DNA of 64,000 nucleotides. It comes from Lama glama (taxonomy: Eukaryota). The translations under genes and the position numbers were made by a program. The stretch covers positions 60,948,001 through 61,012,000 of the forward strand of contig CM052816.1 of assembly GCA_028534125.1 (NCBI GenBank), given 5' to 3'. Below the pieces are notes generated by a model, which saw only the letters and a program-made list of their open reading frames with translations, searched no databases and was not told where the DNA came from. Shown one piece after another: positions 40,226 through 53,200 of the stretch (position 1 is the stretch's first letter; every line of letters starts with the position of its first letter).

Positions 40226-41724
40226 AAATGAAGAGTAGGGAGGAAAGAATGATCAAAGTGTCAAATTCTGCAAAAATGACAAAATCAGGAATAAAATGTG
40301 CCCATTGGTAGATATAATGTAACTACTGAGACAAAAGCTCCATGAACCAGTTTAGAGAAGCAAAGGTCACAGTTTCATTATCACCTCCACTGATTTCCTC
40401 AGTGAGTCTCTCAGTAAAATTTCCTACACTTTGGCCTGTCCTCACTCCATTACTCTGACCAATATCAGACTGCTCCCCCTGGCCCTCTGAGATGTATTTT
40501 AGAATTCCAGCCTCCATGGCATTATATTGTGTCCGACTTCTATAATCATAATCATTTTCATGGCCCCAATTTGCAGATATTTCTTTATCACGAGGCTTTT
40601 TGGTCTCATCTGCCCCAACATCTTCTAAAACAATAAGACAAGCAGTGACAAAGTTGCAGTGCAGGAAAAAAGGGCTCCTCCCAATTAGCCCAGGCCCACA
40701 AGAGCAAACCAGAAACCGAAAACAAGAACAGATACATTCTTGCAAACAAATTAACAACAAAAAAAGAGAGAAAGAAATATATTAAAAGTTTATGCGTGGT
40801 TGGAATTTAGAGGCCAGAGGTGAATTTGGAGAGAGCAGTTCCAGAGAGCACAGTGACAGGAAGAGAATGTTGAACTGTGAAGTGTGGCCGTAGGAATGCA
40901 AAGCAAGTACAGTGTGGACCATACTTACAAGAATAGGCCTTGTGCCTTTGTTCAGTCATCTTGTTTCGCTTTTGGGACACGTAAGAGCTGCAACAAACCT
41001 ACTCTATGGAATTTTACAGGAAATTTTGACGGCACAGTAATTTTGACAATTTAGAAGTAATTTCAGGTAAGGAAGAATCTATAAGTAGCTCTATCTTTGA
41101 AGGAGGAGTGCAGATTGTAGTCCTAAGACAGCAAGAAAGCACTGGAAGACAGGTTGATAGGTTGCATGAGAAAGAGTCAGGAAAGGAGTGAGGACTGTGC
41201 GTGCATGCATGAGTGCACGTGTGTGTGTATTGTGTGCATGCATGGGATGTTTTGAAATAGGACTCTTCCAGAAATGAAGCAGAATCTCTTAGTCTTTTCC
41301 TGTGCTAAACCACATGATCCTCTTCTTTCAGTATCCAGAACTCTCAGTTCATGATGTCTCTAGTGGGCTAGCTCTGGAACCCTATCATTGGCATAATTTT
41401 TTTTATTACTAAAAAATTATTCTAGCTGGCTTAACCAGAGAGAAAAGTGTAGGTAGTGATGAAGTGAAAGAAATAATTGTACAACCAAATCTTGAGAAGG
41501 GATATAACTATGGCATATTTAGAACAGACTTTGGCTACTCTAAATAAAACAGAAAATATGTGAGAAGATGACCAAGGTATTTAATGGAGTTGCAGGAAGA
41601 ACAGCAGAAAAAAATTTTAGGAAGGAAAGTAACCAGGGCAGCGCTCAGAACTTTAGCAGCAGACATTCGTAGATCCTCTCACGAGTGTTACCAATAAGGT
41701 AAATCAACTCTCCATAATGTTTTT

Positions 41725-42285
41725 CACAATGAATGGCTGCACCAAACTACATTCCCCCCAACAGCGTAGGAGGGTTCCCTTTTCTCCACAGCCTCTCTAG
41801 CATTTATCATTTGTGAAGTTTTGAATGAGGGGGGCCATTCTGACTGGTGTGAGGTGATACCTCATTGTAGTTTTGATTTGCATTTCTCTGATAATTAGGC
41901 ATACTGAGCATTTTTTCATGTGCCTGTTGGCCATTTGTAAGTCTTCATTGGAGAACTGCTTGTTTAGATTTTCTGCCCATTTTTGGATTGGGTCATTTGT
42001 TTGTTACTAAGTTGTATGAGCTGTTTAAATATTCTGGAAATTAAACTCTTGTCAGTCACATCATTGGAAAATATTTTCTCTCATTCCTTAGGTTGTCTTT
42101 TTGTTTTGCTTATGATTCCCTTTGCTGTGCAAAAGCTTTTAAATTTGATTAGGTCCCATTTGTTTTCTTTGGCTTTTATTTCTAGTGCCTGAGTAGACTG
42201 CCCTAGGAGAACATTGCTAAGATTTATGTCAGAAAATGTTTGCCTATGTTTTCTTCTAGGAGGTTTACAGTGTCTTGTCCTATTA
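41725..42285 (-). mobile_element. L1 ORF2 fragment, antisense
   Basis: ENKWDLIKFKSFCTAKGIISKTKRQP remnant. Confidence 0.85.
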
Positions 42286-42563
42286 AACATTTATTTTTTG
42301 ATTCATGATACACTATAGCAGAAACACTCCCAGTTTCACCCCCAAACATTATTACAGCCTTAGCTTTTTTTCCCCCAAGAGCAGAAAAACATTTATAAAA
42401 GAAATTGTACTCAGGCTGCAGCTTGCTTTATTTTTTTTCCTTCTAAAATTCCTAGGTTAGGTAATCACAAAACAGAAATTTAATAATATCCTCCACAGCG
42501 TATTTGCCTTGCTTTCACGTTACTGCTTCCTTGATCAGAAATGCTGCGTTAGTTTGATAGGGC

Positions 42564-43060
42564 ACAGAAGTGCCCCCTTACCTGTGATTTCGCTTTCCAC
42601 AGTTTCAGTGACCCTCAGTCAACTGTGGTCTGAAACTATTAAATGGAAAATTCCAGAAATGAACAACTAATAAGTTTTAAGTTACACACTGTTCTGAGTA
42701 ACATAATGGAATTTCACACCATCCTGCTTCATCCTGCCCAGGATGTGAATCAGCCCTTCGTCCAGCGTATCCCACTCAATTAGTCACTTAGGAACCACCT
42801 CGGTTATCAGATCAACTATCACAGTTTTGCAGTGCTTGTGTTCAAGTAACATTTATTTTAATTAATAATAGCCCCAAAGTGCAAGAGTAGTGATGCTGGC
42901 AATTTGCATATTCTCCTATTATGCCTAATTGTAAATTAAACTTAATCAAAGGTATGTACAGGGGGAAGACGCAGTACAGGTAGGGTTCAGTACTGTCCTT
43001 GGTTTCAGGTGTCCCCTAGAGGCCTTGGACCGTATACCCCATGGATGAGGGGGAACTACA
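42564..43060. mobile_element. MER44 (Tigger7 derivative)
   Basis: CCCCCTTACCTGTG...AAATGGAAAATTCCAGAAAT...GGATGAGGGGGAACTA. Confidence 0.75.
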
Positions 43061-43443
43061 AACTAGATGGCTTAAACAACAAAAATGTATCATCTCACAG
43101 TTCTAGAAGTTAGAAGTCCAAGATTAAGGTGATAGAAGGGCCAAACTCCCTCTGAAGGCACTAGGGAAGGATCTGTTCCAGGTCTCACTCCTAGATTCTG
43201 GTAGGTCCTCAGCTTTTGGCAGCATAACTCAAATATTTATTTGAATTGTATTCCTGTGTGTGCATGCCCAAATTTTTCCTTTTTATGAGAATACGAGTCA
43301 TATTGGAACAGGGGCCCATCCTCCAGTATAACCTCATCTTAATCACATCTACAGTGACCCTATTTCCAAATAAGGTCACATTCTGAGGTACTAGGTTAGG
43401 ACTCCAACATGAATTTAGCAGGCAGATAATTTAGCCCGTAACA
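43058..43443 (-). mobile_element. MLT1 (MaLR) LTR, split by MER44
   Basis: GGCTTAAACAAC...CTCACAGTTCT...GACCCTATTTCCAAATAAGGTCACATTCTGAGGTACT; LTR start-like sequence at ~42545. Confidence 0.8.
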
Positions 43444-43444
43444 A

Positions 43445-43740
43445 ATGCCCTCCTTCATTTGCTCACCTGGAAATGCCTGCTCACTTTTCATGGCTGACAG
43501 CACCCTCTGTGAAGCCTTTCCTATCTCTCCGGGGATCATCCACAAGCCCTTCCTTTGTGGTCCCACTGGGCCCTGTGCTACCTCTATCACATTGATTGAT
43601 TTTCTAGCTTTTCCTCCCCTACTAGACTGTAAGTTGCTTGTGGGCAGGGACCTATCTTGCTCATTTTTAACCCCTTAGCATCTAGCAGAGTGCAGAGCAC
43701 ATAATGATAAATAAATATTTATTGATTGAATGGATGAATT
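43445..43740 (+). mobile_element. L2 3' end
   Basis: CTAGACTGTAAG...GGGCAGGGAC...AATAAATATTTATTGATTGAATG. Confidence 0.7.
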
Positions 43741-43899
43741 GGGTAGAGACCAATTTAAATAGGAGAGGAAAACAAGCTAAATCCCCAGCATCTGTTTCAA
43801 AAATGGAGCGATAGGAACCCAAGGAACTTGGCCAGTCTGGCTCAGCATTTGAAAGGACACTGCTGTTCCTCAGCACAAGTAAGTTTTTGTGCATCTAGA

Positions 43900-44272
43900 C
43901 CTATGCTATCCAATACAGTTACCACTAGCCACATGTAGCTATTTAAATTTATATGAGGCGGGGAGGGTACCCAGTGGGAGGGTATAGCTTGATGGTAGAG
44001 TGCATTCTTAGCATGCATGAGGCCCTGGGTTCAATCCCTAGTACCTCCGTTCAATAAATAAATAAGTAAATAAACAAACCTAATTACCTGCCCCCCCAAA
44101 TCAAACTAAATTTAAGTAAACTAAAATTAAATACAATAAAAATTCAGCTCATCACTTATCCTAGCCATATTTCAATGTTCAATAGCAACTTGTGGCTACT
44201 GGCCACCATATTGCACAGCATAGCTGTAAAACATGTCCGTCACTTCAGTAAGTCCTACCGGACAGTGCTGGC
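43900..44272. mobile_element. MER3 interrupted by SINE
   Basis: CCACTAGCCACATGTAGCTATTTAAATT ... CTAGCCATATTTCAATGTTCAATAGC. Confidence 0.7.
43957..44110 (+). mobile_element. tRNA-derived SINE inserted in MER3
   Basis: GGGAGGGTATAGC...GGGTTCAATCCC...AAACCTAATTACC. Confidence 0.85.
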
Positions 44273-44709
44273 CTAAGCAATAAAATACTTTCAAGGAGAC
44301 AATCCTTCCTCAAAGACACAGTTCAATTTAGCAGTATTATCTCATCCTTTCATATAGGACACTACTAGCATGCTTGGTGTCAGCAACACACAAAAAAGGA
44401 GTAAGTCTGATCTTAAGGGACTCACCATTTATTAGTTCAGTGAGATTGTCTAAAGATATTTTGCTAACAAGAAATTTATTACACTTGAAAAATCATCTAT
44501 CAAAGTGAACAAAAGTAAAGAAATGCAGAAATGCTTTTTCACTCATTATTGGATTATTAAATTGACAATATAAAAATGAAAATAAGAGTGCTTGTACTGT
44601 AGACAGGTGTGACGGTCATGGCCCTCATGCACTCATGCTGATCGCTGTCAGAGATGGAACAGGGCCGCATTTTGATTTAACATACGCGTATCCAACCTGA
44701 GATTTCTTT

Positions 44710-44821
44710 TCTTCTTTTTTTAAATTTACCTATTTTATTTTTCTAATGGAGATCCTGGGGGTTGAACCCAGGATCTCATGCGTGTTAAGCATGTGCTTTA
44801 CCACTGAGCTATTTGTCTAGC
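44710..44821 (-). mobile_element. tRNA-derived SINE, antisense
   Basis: GGGGGTTGAACCCAGGA...ACCACTGAGCTA; TSD tccaacctgaga(t/c)ttctt on both sides. Confidence 0.8.
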
Positions 44822-47412
44822 TCCAACCTGAGACTTCTTAATTCAGTTTAGTATTGAGCTGTGTTCTAGAATCTTATGAAGCACAATTAAGTCAAACTAA
44901 ATTACTTTTTTTTCAATTTAGAAACAACCTCAGGAACAGGTTTACTACAAACAATCAGGTCAGATAGGAACTGGTGAAAATCTAGGGAAAAACAACTTTC
45001 CAATGACATATGGCAGAGCCCCCTCAGGCTTATAATTAGACCATAGTAATATGACCTTATGAGTCACAGAGGGTGGTTGTGCAAACATTCAAGATGATCA
45101 AGTTAAATTCAAAAATGAATATATTTATTAACTTAGAAATAAAGGTAAGAACATTGGAGAAATGAAGAGAAACCATTTTGTATGGAAAATATCTTTCTTG
45201 CACAGTAAATTTGAAACCATATTTATAGAAATATTTCAGTCCTTTTCAAAAGAACTGCCTTAAATACCATATTTGGTTTTGAATTATACACAACATGTGC
45301 TTTTATTTTTTCCAGCTTTATTGAGATATAGTTGACATAAAACATTGTGTACATTTAAAGTGTACCAGGTGTTAATTTGATACACATATATTGCAAAATG
45401 ATTATCACCCATAGTGTTAGCTAACACCTCCATAACATCACATAATTACCATTCCGTTTTGTGGTGAGGACGTTTAAGATTTACTCCCTTTATTATGTGT
45501 TTTTTTTTTCTGTTTGTGTTGTTCTTTTTGTTTGTTTCTGTTTTTTAAAATAACCCCATGTTCTAAGTGTAAACTTTCGTTACATTCTGCAACAGTTATT
45601 TCATACAGATATTTAATACTTAAGTTCTTGTGTTCTTTCCTAATAAGTATTCTGATTTTCAAAGATTACTTTTTATATTATTAAAAATATATTTGAACTT
45701 AGAATACAAAAAAAACTTGGCAACTTTCAAGTATATAATACAGTTTTGTTAATTATAATCACCATGCAGTACATTAGATCCCCACAACTTATTCGTCTTA
45801 TAACTGGAAGTCTGTACCCTTTCACCAACATCTCTCTGTTTCCCCCATCCCCTCAGCCCCCAGTAATCACCATTCTACTTTGTTTCTGTGTTCAGCCTTT
45901 TAGATTCCACATGTATGTAAGTGATATCATAGAGTATTTGTCTTTGACTTATTTCTCTCAGCACAATGCCCTCAAGTTTCACCCATATTGTCACAAATGG
46001 CAAGCTTTCCTTCTTTCTCATGGCTGAATTTATGTATATAGCACACACATACACACACGCATCTCACATCTTTATCCTTCATCCATTAAGAGACACAGGT
46101 TATTTCCATAACTTGCCTATTGTGAATAATCCTGCAGTGAACATGGGAGTGCAGATACTGTTCAAGATCCTGATTTCATTTCTTTTTGGTATATACTCAG
46201 AAGTGGGATTGCTGGATCATAGGGTAGTTCTATTTTTAACTTCTTAAGCAGGTTCCATACTATTTTCTATAGTGGTTGTGCCAATTTACATTACCATCGA
46301 CAGTACACAAGGGTTCCCTTAGCACAATGCCCTCAAGGTCCTTCCATATGTTTACACTTTGGGAGAAAACAGCCCCTGGTTTCCATGATTTTTTTCTGTT
46401 GTTTTTCTGGTCTCTATTTCACTTATTTCTGCTCAGATCTATGTTATTTCCTTCTTTCTGCTAACCTTAGCTTAGTTTGTTCTTTGTTTAATCCCCTTAG
46501 GTGTAACGTTGGGCTGCTTATCTGACATTTTTATTTTTTCTTCATGTAGTATTTATCACTATAAACTTCACTCTTGGAACTGCTTTTGCTGTATCCCATA
46601 GGCTTTGTATGTTGTTTTTAGTTCTTTTTTTTAATTTCCCTTTTGATTTCTTCCTGTCTCATTAGTTGTTCAGGTGTGTGTTATTTAATATCCACACATA
46701 TGTGAGTTTCCCAGGTTTCCTCCTGTTATTGACTTTTAGCTTCAGAACTTTGTGGTCAGAAAAGACATTTGGTATGATTTCAACATTAAATTTGCTAAGA
46801 AGTATTTTGGGACCTGTCATATGATCATCCTGGAAAATGTTTCATGTGCACTTGAGAAGAATGTATTCTGCTGCTGTACAATGGTATGTTCTTTATGCAT
46901 CTGCTAGGTCCACTCTCTCAAGTATGGTTCGAGTTTAATGCTTCTTTGTTGATTTTCTATCTAGATGATCTATCCATTGTTATAAGTAGGTTATTGAAGC
47001 CCCTTACTGTTATTGTTTATGGTCTATTTCTCCCTTCAAATTTGTTAGTATTTGTTTTATATATTTAGGTGCTCTGTCGTTGGTGCATATGTATCTATGA
47101 TGTTACATCTTCTTGATGAATTTACTCCCTTATTATATAATGACCTTCTTTGCTCTTGTTACCATTTTTGGCTTAATGTCTATTTTGAATGATATACGTA
47201 TAGCTACTTTTGCTCTCTTTTAGTTCCCACTTGCATGGAATCTCATTTTCCAACCCTTCACTTTGAGCCTATGTGTATCTTTAAAGCTGAAATGAGCCTC
47301 TTGTGTATAGTTGGATCGTGTTTTCTCACCCATTCAACCACTCAATGTCTTTGGATTGGAGAATTCAAACCATTTTCATTTAAGGTAATTCTTGACAGGT
47401 AAGGACTTCTTA

Positions 47413-47543
47413 TAAAAATTTTTTGGAGGGAGGAGGTAATTAGGTTTGTTTGTTTGTTTGTTTTAATGGCGGTACTGGGGATTGAACCTAGGACCTCGTG
47501 CATGCTAGGTACACACTCTACCACAGAGCTATACCCTCCGCCT
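47413..47543 (-). mobile_element. tRNA-derived SINE, antisense, perfect 15-bp TSD
   Basis: ggtaaggacttctta at 47398-47412 and 47544-47558 flank the element. Confidence 0.9.
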
Positions 47544-47996
47544 GGTAAGGACTTCTTAATGCCACCTTATTGTTTTCGGACTGGTTTGTAATTCCCTGAT
47601 TCCTTTCTTCCTCTCTCACTGCCTTCCTTTCTAAATTGATTATTTTCAAGTGATACGCTTTGATCCTCTTCTCTTTATATTTGTGAATACTGTAGTATTT
47701 GCATCACTGTGAGGCTTATGTAAACCATCTTTTGATATACTATTTTATTTTACTCTGACAGCTTAACTTTGATAGAATACAAAACTCTACTCTTTAACTG
47801 TCCCACTTTAGTTTTGAATCACAGTTTACTACTATTTATATAGTATAACCATTAACAAATTCTTATAGTTGTAACCATTTTCAAGGCTTTTGTTCTTTAA
47901 CCTTTATACTAGAGTTAAGTAGTTAACATATGACCATATTGCACCATTAGCGGATTCTGAATCTGACCATCTGCTTACCTTTACTTATGTGTTGTA

Positions 47997-50284
47997 CAGG
48001 CATACACTTGCGACATTATGGGTTCAGTGCCAGACAACTGCAATAAAACAAATATCGCAAGAAAGCTAGTCATATTAATTTTTTGGTTTCCCAGTCCATA
48101 TAAAAGTTATGTTTATATTACACTACAGTCTGTCAAGTGTGCAATAACACTATACCATCATCTGAGCCCTCAGTGAGTTATAATCTTTTTGTTGGTGGAG
48201 CGTCTTGCCTCAATGTTGATGGTTGCTGATTAATCAGGGTGATTATTGCTTGGGGTTAGGGTGGCTGTGGCAATTTCTTAAAATAACAGTGAGGTTTGCC
48301 ACATCAATTGACTCTTTCATGAATGATTTCTGTGTAGCATGCAATGCTGTTGGGTAGCATTTTACCCACAGTAGAACTTCTTTCAAAGTTGGAGCCAATC
48401 CTATCGAACCCTGCTGCTGCTTTATCAACTGAGTTTATGTAATAGTCTAAATCCTTTGTTGTCATTTCAGTAATCTGCACACAGGAGTAGTTTCCATCTC
48501 AAGAAGCCACTTTCTTTGCTCATCTATAAGAACTCCTCATTCATTAAAGTTCTGTCATGAGATTGCAGCAATTTAGTCACATCTTCTGGCTCCACTTCTA
48601 ATTCTAGTTCTCTTGTTATCTCCACCACATCTACAGTTACTTCTATCACTGAAGTCTTGAAACCCTCAAAGTCATCGATGAGGGTTAGAATCAACTTCTT
48701 CCAAACTTCTGTTAATCATGATATTTTGACCTCTTCCCGTGAATCATACATTTCTCAATGGCATCTAGAACAGTGAATTTTTCTAGAAGATTTTCAGTTG
48801 ACTTTTCCCAGATCCACCAGAGAAATCACTATCTATGTCATCTATAATCTTACAAAATGTATTTCTTAAATAATAAGACTTGAAAGTTGAAATACCCCTT
48901 GATCCTTGGGCTGCAGAATAGATGTTATGTTAGTAGGAATGAAACAACATTAATCTCATTGTACAATTCCATCAGAGCTCATGGGTAACCAAGCTCATTG
49001 GCAATGAGCAGTCATATTTTGAAAAGGAATCTTTTTTTCTGAGCAGTAGTTCTCAATGGTGGGCTTAAAATATTCAGTAAACCACATTATCAGCAAATGT
49101 GCTGTTGGCATTGCTCCATTTAGAGAGCAAGGCAGAACTGATCTAGCAAAATTTTTAATGGCCTTAGAATTTTTAGACGGCAAATGAGCACTGGCTTCAC
49201 CTTAGCATTAGCCCCTTACAAGAGAGTCAGCCTGTCCTTAAGCTTTGAAGTTGGGCATTGACTTCTCTCTAGCTATGCAAGTCCTAGGTAGCATCTTCTT
49301 TCAATGAAATAAGGCTATTTCATCTGCATTGAAAATCTGTCGTTTAGTGTAGCCACCTTCATGAATTACCTTCGCTAGAGCTTCTGGATAATGTGCTGCA
49401 GCTTCTACATCAGCACTTGTTGCTTCATCTTGTACTTTTATGTTCTGGAGACAGCTTCTTTCCTCATAAACCCCGTGAACCAACCTCTGCTAGCTTCATA
49501 CTTTTCTTCAACAACTTCTTCACCTCTCTCAACCTTCACAGAAGTGGAGAGCGTTACGACCTTGCTATGGATTAGGCTTTGACTTAACAGAGTGTTATGA
49601 TGATTTGATCTATCCAGATAACTGAAACTTTTCCCATATCATCAAGGCTGTTTCACTTTCTTATCATTTGCGTATTCACTGGAATGGCACTTCTAATATC
49701 CTTCAATAACTGTTGCTTTGCATTCACAACTTGGCTGTTTGATGCAAGAAGCCTGTGAGGCCTTTGGCCTATCTCAGCTTTGAACATGCCTGTCTCACCA
49801 AGCTTAATTATTTCTAACTTTTGATTTAAAGTGAGAGATGGGCAACTCTTCCTCTCGTTTGGACACTTAGGCCACTGGAGGGTCATTACTTGGCCTAATT
49901 TTGACATTGCCGTGTTTCAGAGAATAGGGAGACCTGAGGAAAGGGGGAGAGATGGGGGAAAAGCCAGCCTATGGAGCAATCAGAATACACAAAACACTTA
50001 TCAATTAAGTTAACTGTCTTTTATGGGCACAGTTTGTGGTGGCCCAGAACAATTACAATAGTAGCCATTAAAGATCACTGATCACAGATCACCAAAATAG
50101 ATATAATAATAATGAAAGAGTTTGAAATATTGTAAGAATTACCAAAATGTGACACAGAGACATGAAGTGAGCAAATGCTGTTGGGAAAATGGTACCAATA
50201 GTCTTGATTGATGCAGAGTTGCCATAAACCTTCAATTGTAAAAAATGCAGTATCTATGAAGTGAAATAAAATGAGGTATGCCTG
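47997..50284 (-). mobile_element. Near full-length Tigger1 DNA transposon, decayed transposase
   Basis: TA|CAGGCATAC...GTATGCCTG|TA; pogo-type transposase remnants ([65 protein letters not shown]) split by frameshifts and stops. Confidence 0.92.
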
Positions 50285-53200
50285 TATATATTCATGTATT
50301 TTCATGTTACTAATTAGCATCCTTTCATTTCAACTTGAAGAACTCCTTTTAGCATTTCTTGTAATGCAGGTTTAATGGGAATGGGTTCCTTCAGCTTTTG
50401 TTTGTTTTAGAAATTATCTCTCATTTTCCTCCTACTTCTGGGAGGACAACCTTACTGGGTAAAGTATTCTTGGATGGTGGCTTTTTTCTTTTGGTAGCTT
50501 GAATATATCACCTCATGCTCTTTTGATTTGCAAAATCTCTGGTGAGAAATTCACTGATAGCCACATGGAGAGTCCTTTGTATGGGACAATTTTTTCTCTT
50601 GCTGTTTTTAGACAGTTTTAGTATAAAGTGTCCTGGAGGTCAGTGGGTTGAAATTATGGGATGATCTATTAGCTTCATAAACTTGGATGTCCAAATCTCT
50701 TCCCAGCTTTGTGCAGCTATAAATAAGCTTTCTACCTCCTTTTCCCTCTCTTCTTCTGAAACTGCAATAATATGTACATTGTTTCTCGTGAAGGTATCAC
50801 CCCACAAGTTCTTTGGCTTTCTTCATTCCTTTTTATTCTTTTTTGTTTGCTCCTCTGACTGAATAGTTTGAATTGATCCGTTTCCTAGTTCACTCATTCT
50901 TTCTTCTGATTAGCCATGACTGCTATTGAAGCTCTCTACTGAATTCTTCAGTTCAGTCATTGAATTCTTCAGCTCAAAAATGTCTGTTTGTTCCCAAAAA
51001 TAAATAACAACCAACTCTAAAAGAAAAAAAAAAAGCCTGTCTGGTTCTACTTTATGTTCTATCTCTTTGTTGAACTTCTCATTTGGTTCTCATGCTGTTT
51101 TCCTGATACTGTTAAATTTTTTTTATCTGTGTTCTCTTATAGTTTTCTGAGCATCTTGATAACAATTATTTTAAATTCTTGTCAGGCAATTCTTGAAACA
51201 CCATTTCCTTGGGGCCAGTTACTGGAGGTATACTGTATTCCTTTGGTAGACTCCTATTTCCCTGATTCTTTGTGGTCACTGCAGCCTTGCACAGTTGTCT
51301 GTGCATTTGAAGTAGTTACCTCTTCTAGACTACAGACTGACCTGGATAAGAGAAGATATTTACCTGTGGGGAGGGAGGGGAGGCATGCTGGAGCATGTTG
51401 TCACCCTGGGCCTAGCTGTACCGGGCACAAGGTCCAGGTATGTGTGGTGACACTGAGTCTAGGGTGGAGGTAAGGGATGTGCTGTCTTTTCACCTCATGC
51501 ACTGTGTCCACAGCAGTTGTGTGGTCCTGTGGTGGGCACTCTGGTGGGTCTGCAAGGGTTGTTGGTGTCCTCAGCAATACTTCCAGGTCCAGTGGCTAGG
51601 GATCAGCCCAGGCAGTGGTGATGACCAAAGCTTGTGGTATGTACAAAGTCAGCTGCAGGGGTCAGCTGCGGGTGCCTATGTAGTGGCAAGGGCCAGTTGC
51701 AGACACACACATAACCGTGAAGGACAGGGCAGGCCAGGGCAGGGCCAACTTTGGGCTCACTGACAGATGCAGGGGATCTGGCTGTCAATGTGTTCTCCCG
51801 TGGCTGCACAATATCCCCTGTGCTGTGGAAGCCAGTGACAGGGATTAGGTCAAATGCATGCAGGTACACAGTTGGAGGGGGGAACATGTTGGTACAGGCC
51901 AGTGACAAAAGACAGGGCCTGATCCAGGCCCACAAGCATGTGCCTGGGCCCTGGTTGTTGGCCTTCTGTCTCCTGTCTGCAGTCTTCCTCCTCGCCTGCT
52001 CACTGCAGTGGAGACTGGATGTCAGGTCAGCTGGCACGCAAGTGCAAAACCGGAGTGGCTAGGCTCCAGCAGGCACACGGTGGTAGGGGTCAGCCACAGG
52101 GGTCCATGCTTGTGTACTGCACTTGCAAAATCACACGGTCCTGAGCTGGCTGCCAGTGCAGTTTCTAGGCTGGCAGGGGAAGGGAATTTGGAGAGAAGAA
52201 GCTCTCAGGCAGTTGGTGTCAGCAAATGCAAATACCTGTGGGGTGAAAGTAAAATCTGCAGGGTGTCCCTGGAGACGCACTGGCTATTAGTCTCTTCAGT
52301 GGTAAAATATGCTCACTTATCTGCAGAGCAGGTCACTGGGAACTACAACTGCTCCCACTCTGTAGGCTGCTCCTGTCGCCCCTGCTTTTCTTCCTTGTTC
52401 CTCGGTGTCTCTGTGTCTCAGCTTTGCCCTTCTGGGTGAAGTGTAACTGAAGTGGGACCTTTGTGCAGTGCCCAGAAAGACTGGGGAAGCTCGTTGCTCA
52501 CCTCGCTCTTCCTTTCTGGGTGAGAGAAACTATTTCCAGCTGGGAAAGTCCCCCTTGGTGCTGAGCTGTGTTGGCCCGGGGGATGGGATGATGCAGGCAA
52601 AATGAAGCTGTCTTTCCTCTCCCCTTTATGGGGTTATTCTCAGGTCTTTTGTTCCCATGTTGCTAAAATTTCTTAAGTGAACCCCAGAGCTTTCCTGGAG
52701 CAGTTTCTGTTCACAGGCAGCTCTTTGTTGGGGGTGGTGGGAGCCCACAGATGAGGTGTCCTGCATCAGCGTTTGGGTCTATGATGCCTGCTTTCAACTT
52801 CTCTGCTAGTTGCTGGTGGCCAAATATTTGCTAACATATTTGTTAAAGACTGACCCAAGATCACGTTTCCACCTTAAAATTTACAAAGCCCACATAACAA
52901 TTACAAAAAAGTTTTGATAATAGGGCAAGAACTTTCTATAAAGCTATCACTCCAGTCTTTATATGACATTTCTGTAGTGGCCATCATGGGGTATATATAA
53001 TTTTATAAACCGTCTTTTCCACTTAACATGATGTTTATCTATGTTGCCTTCCTATTTTTCTATGTTGCTTTCTTATCTGCCTAATTGTCATCGTTATAAT
53101 TTATACAGTAGACCAAGTAGCTGGCTTATTTAATTAACTGTTCTCATATTATTGCTATTTGGGTTGCTACTGGTTTTTTTTGCTTTTACACGTAGTACCA

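Larger units (their letters stand above)
45300..52760 (-). mobile_element. Large old antisense L1 (L1MA9-like 3' end, internally deleted, ORF1 and GC-rich 5' UTR remnants)
   Basis: TTTATTGAGATATAGTTGACA 3' end; ITLNENGLNSPIQRH endonuclease remnant (~47342-47400); ORF1/5' UTR-like sequence 50290-52760; hosts a SINE and Tigger1. Confidence 0.7.

Noticed and set aside
40323..40760. 145-aa minus-strand ORF
   Set aside because: Non-ATG start, no recognisable domain, lies among repeat remnants
48243..49907. Possible domesticated TIGD-type transposase gene
   Set aside because: Reading frame is broken into short pieces by frameshifts and stops
51054..52600. Cluster of ORFs up to 144 aa on both strands
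   Set aside because: GC-rich decayed L1 ORF1/5' UTR region; no recognisable protein or splice structure
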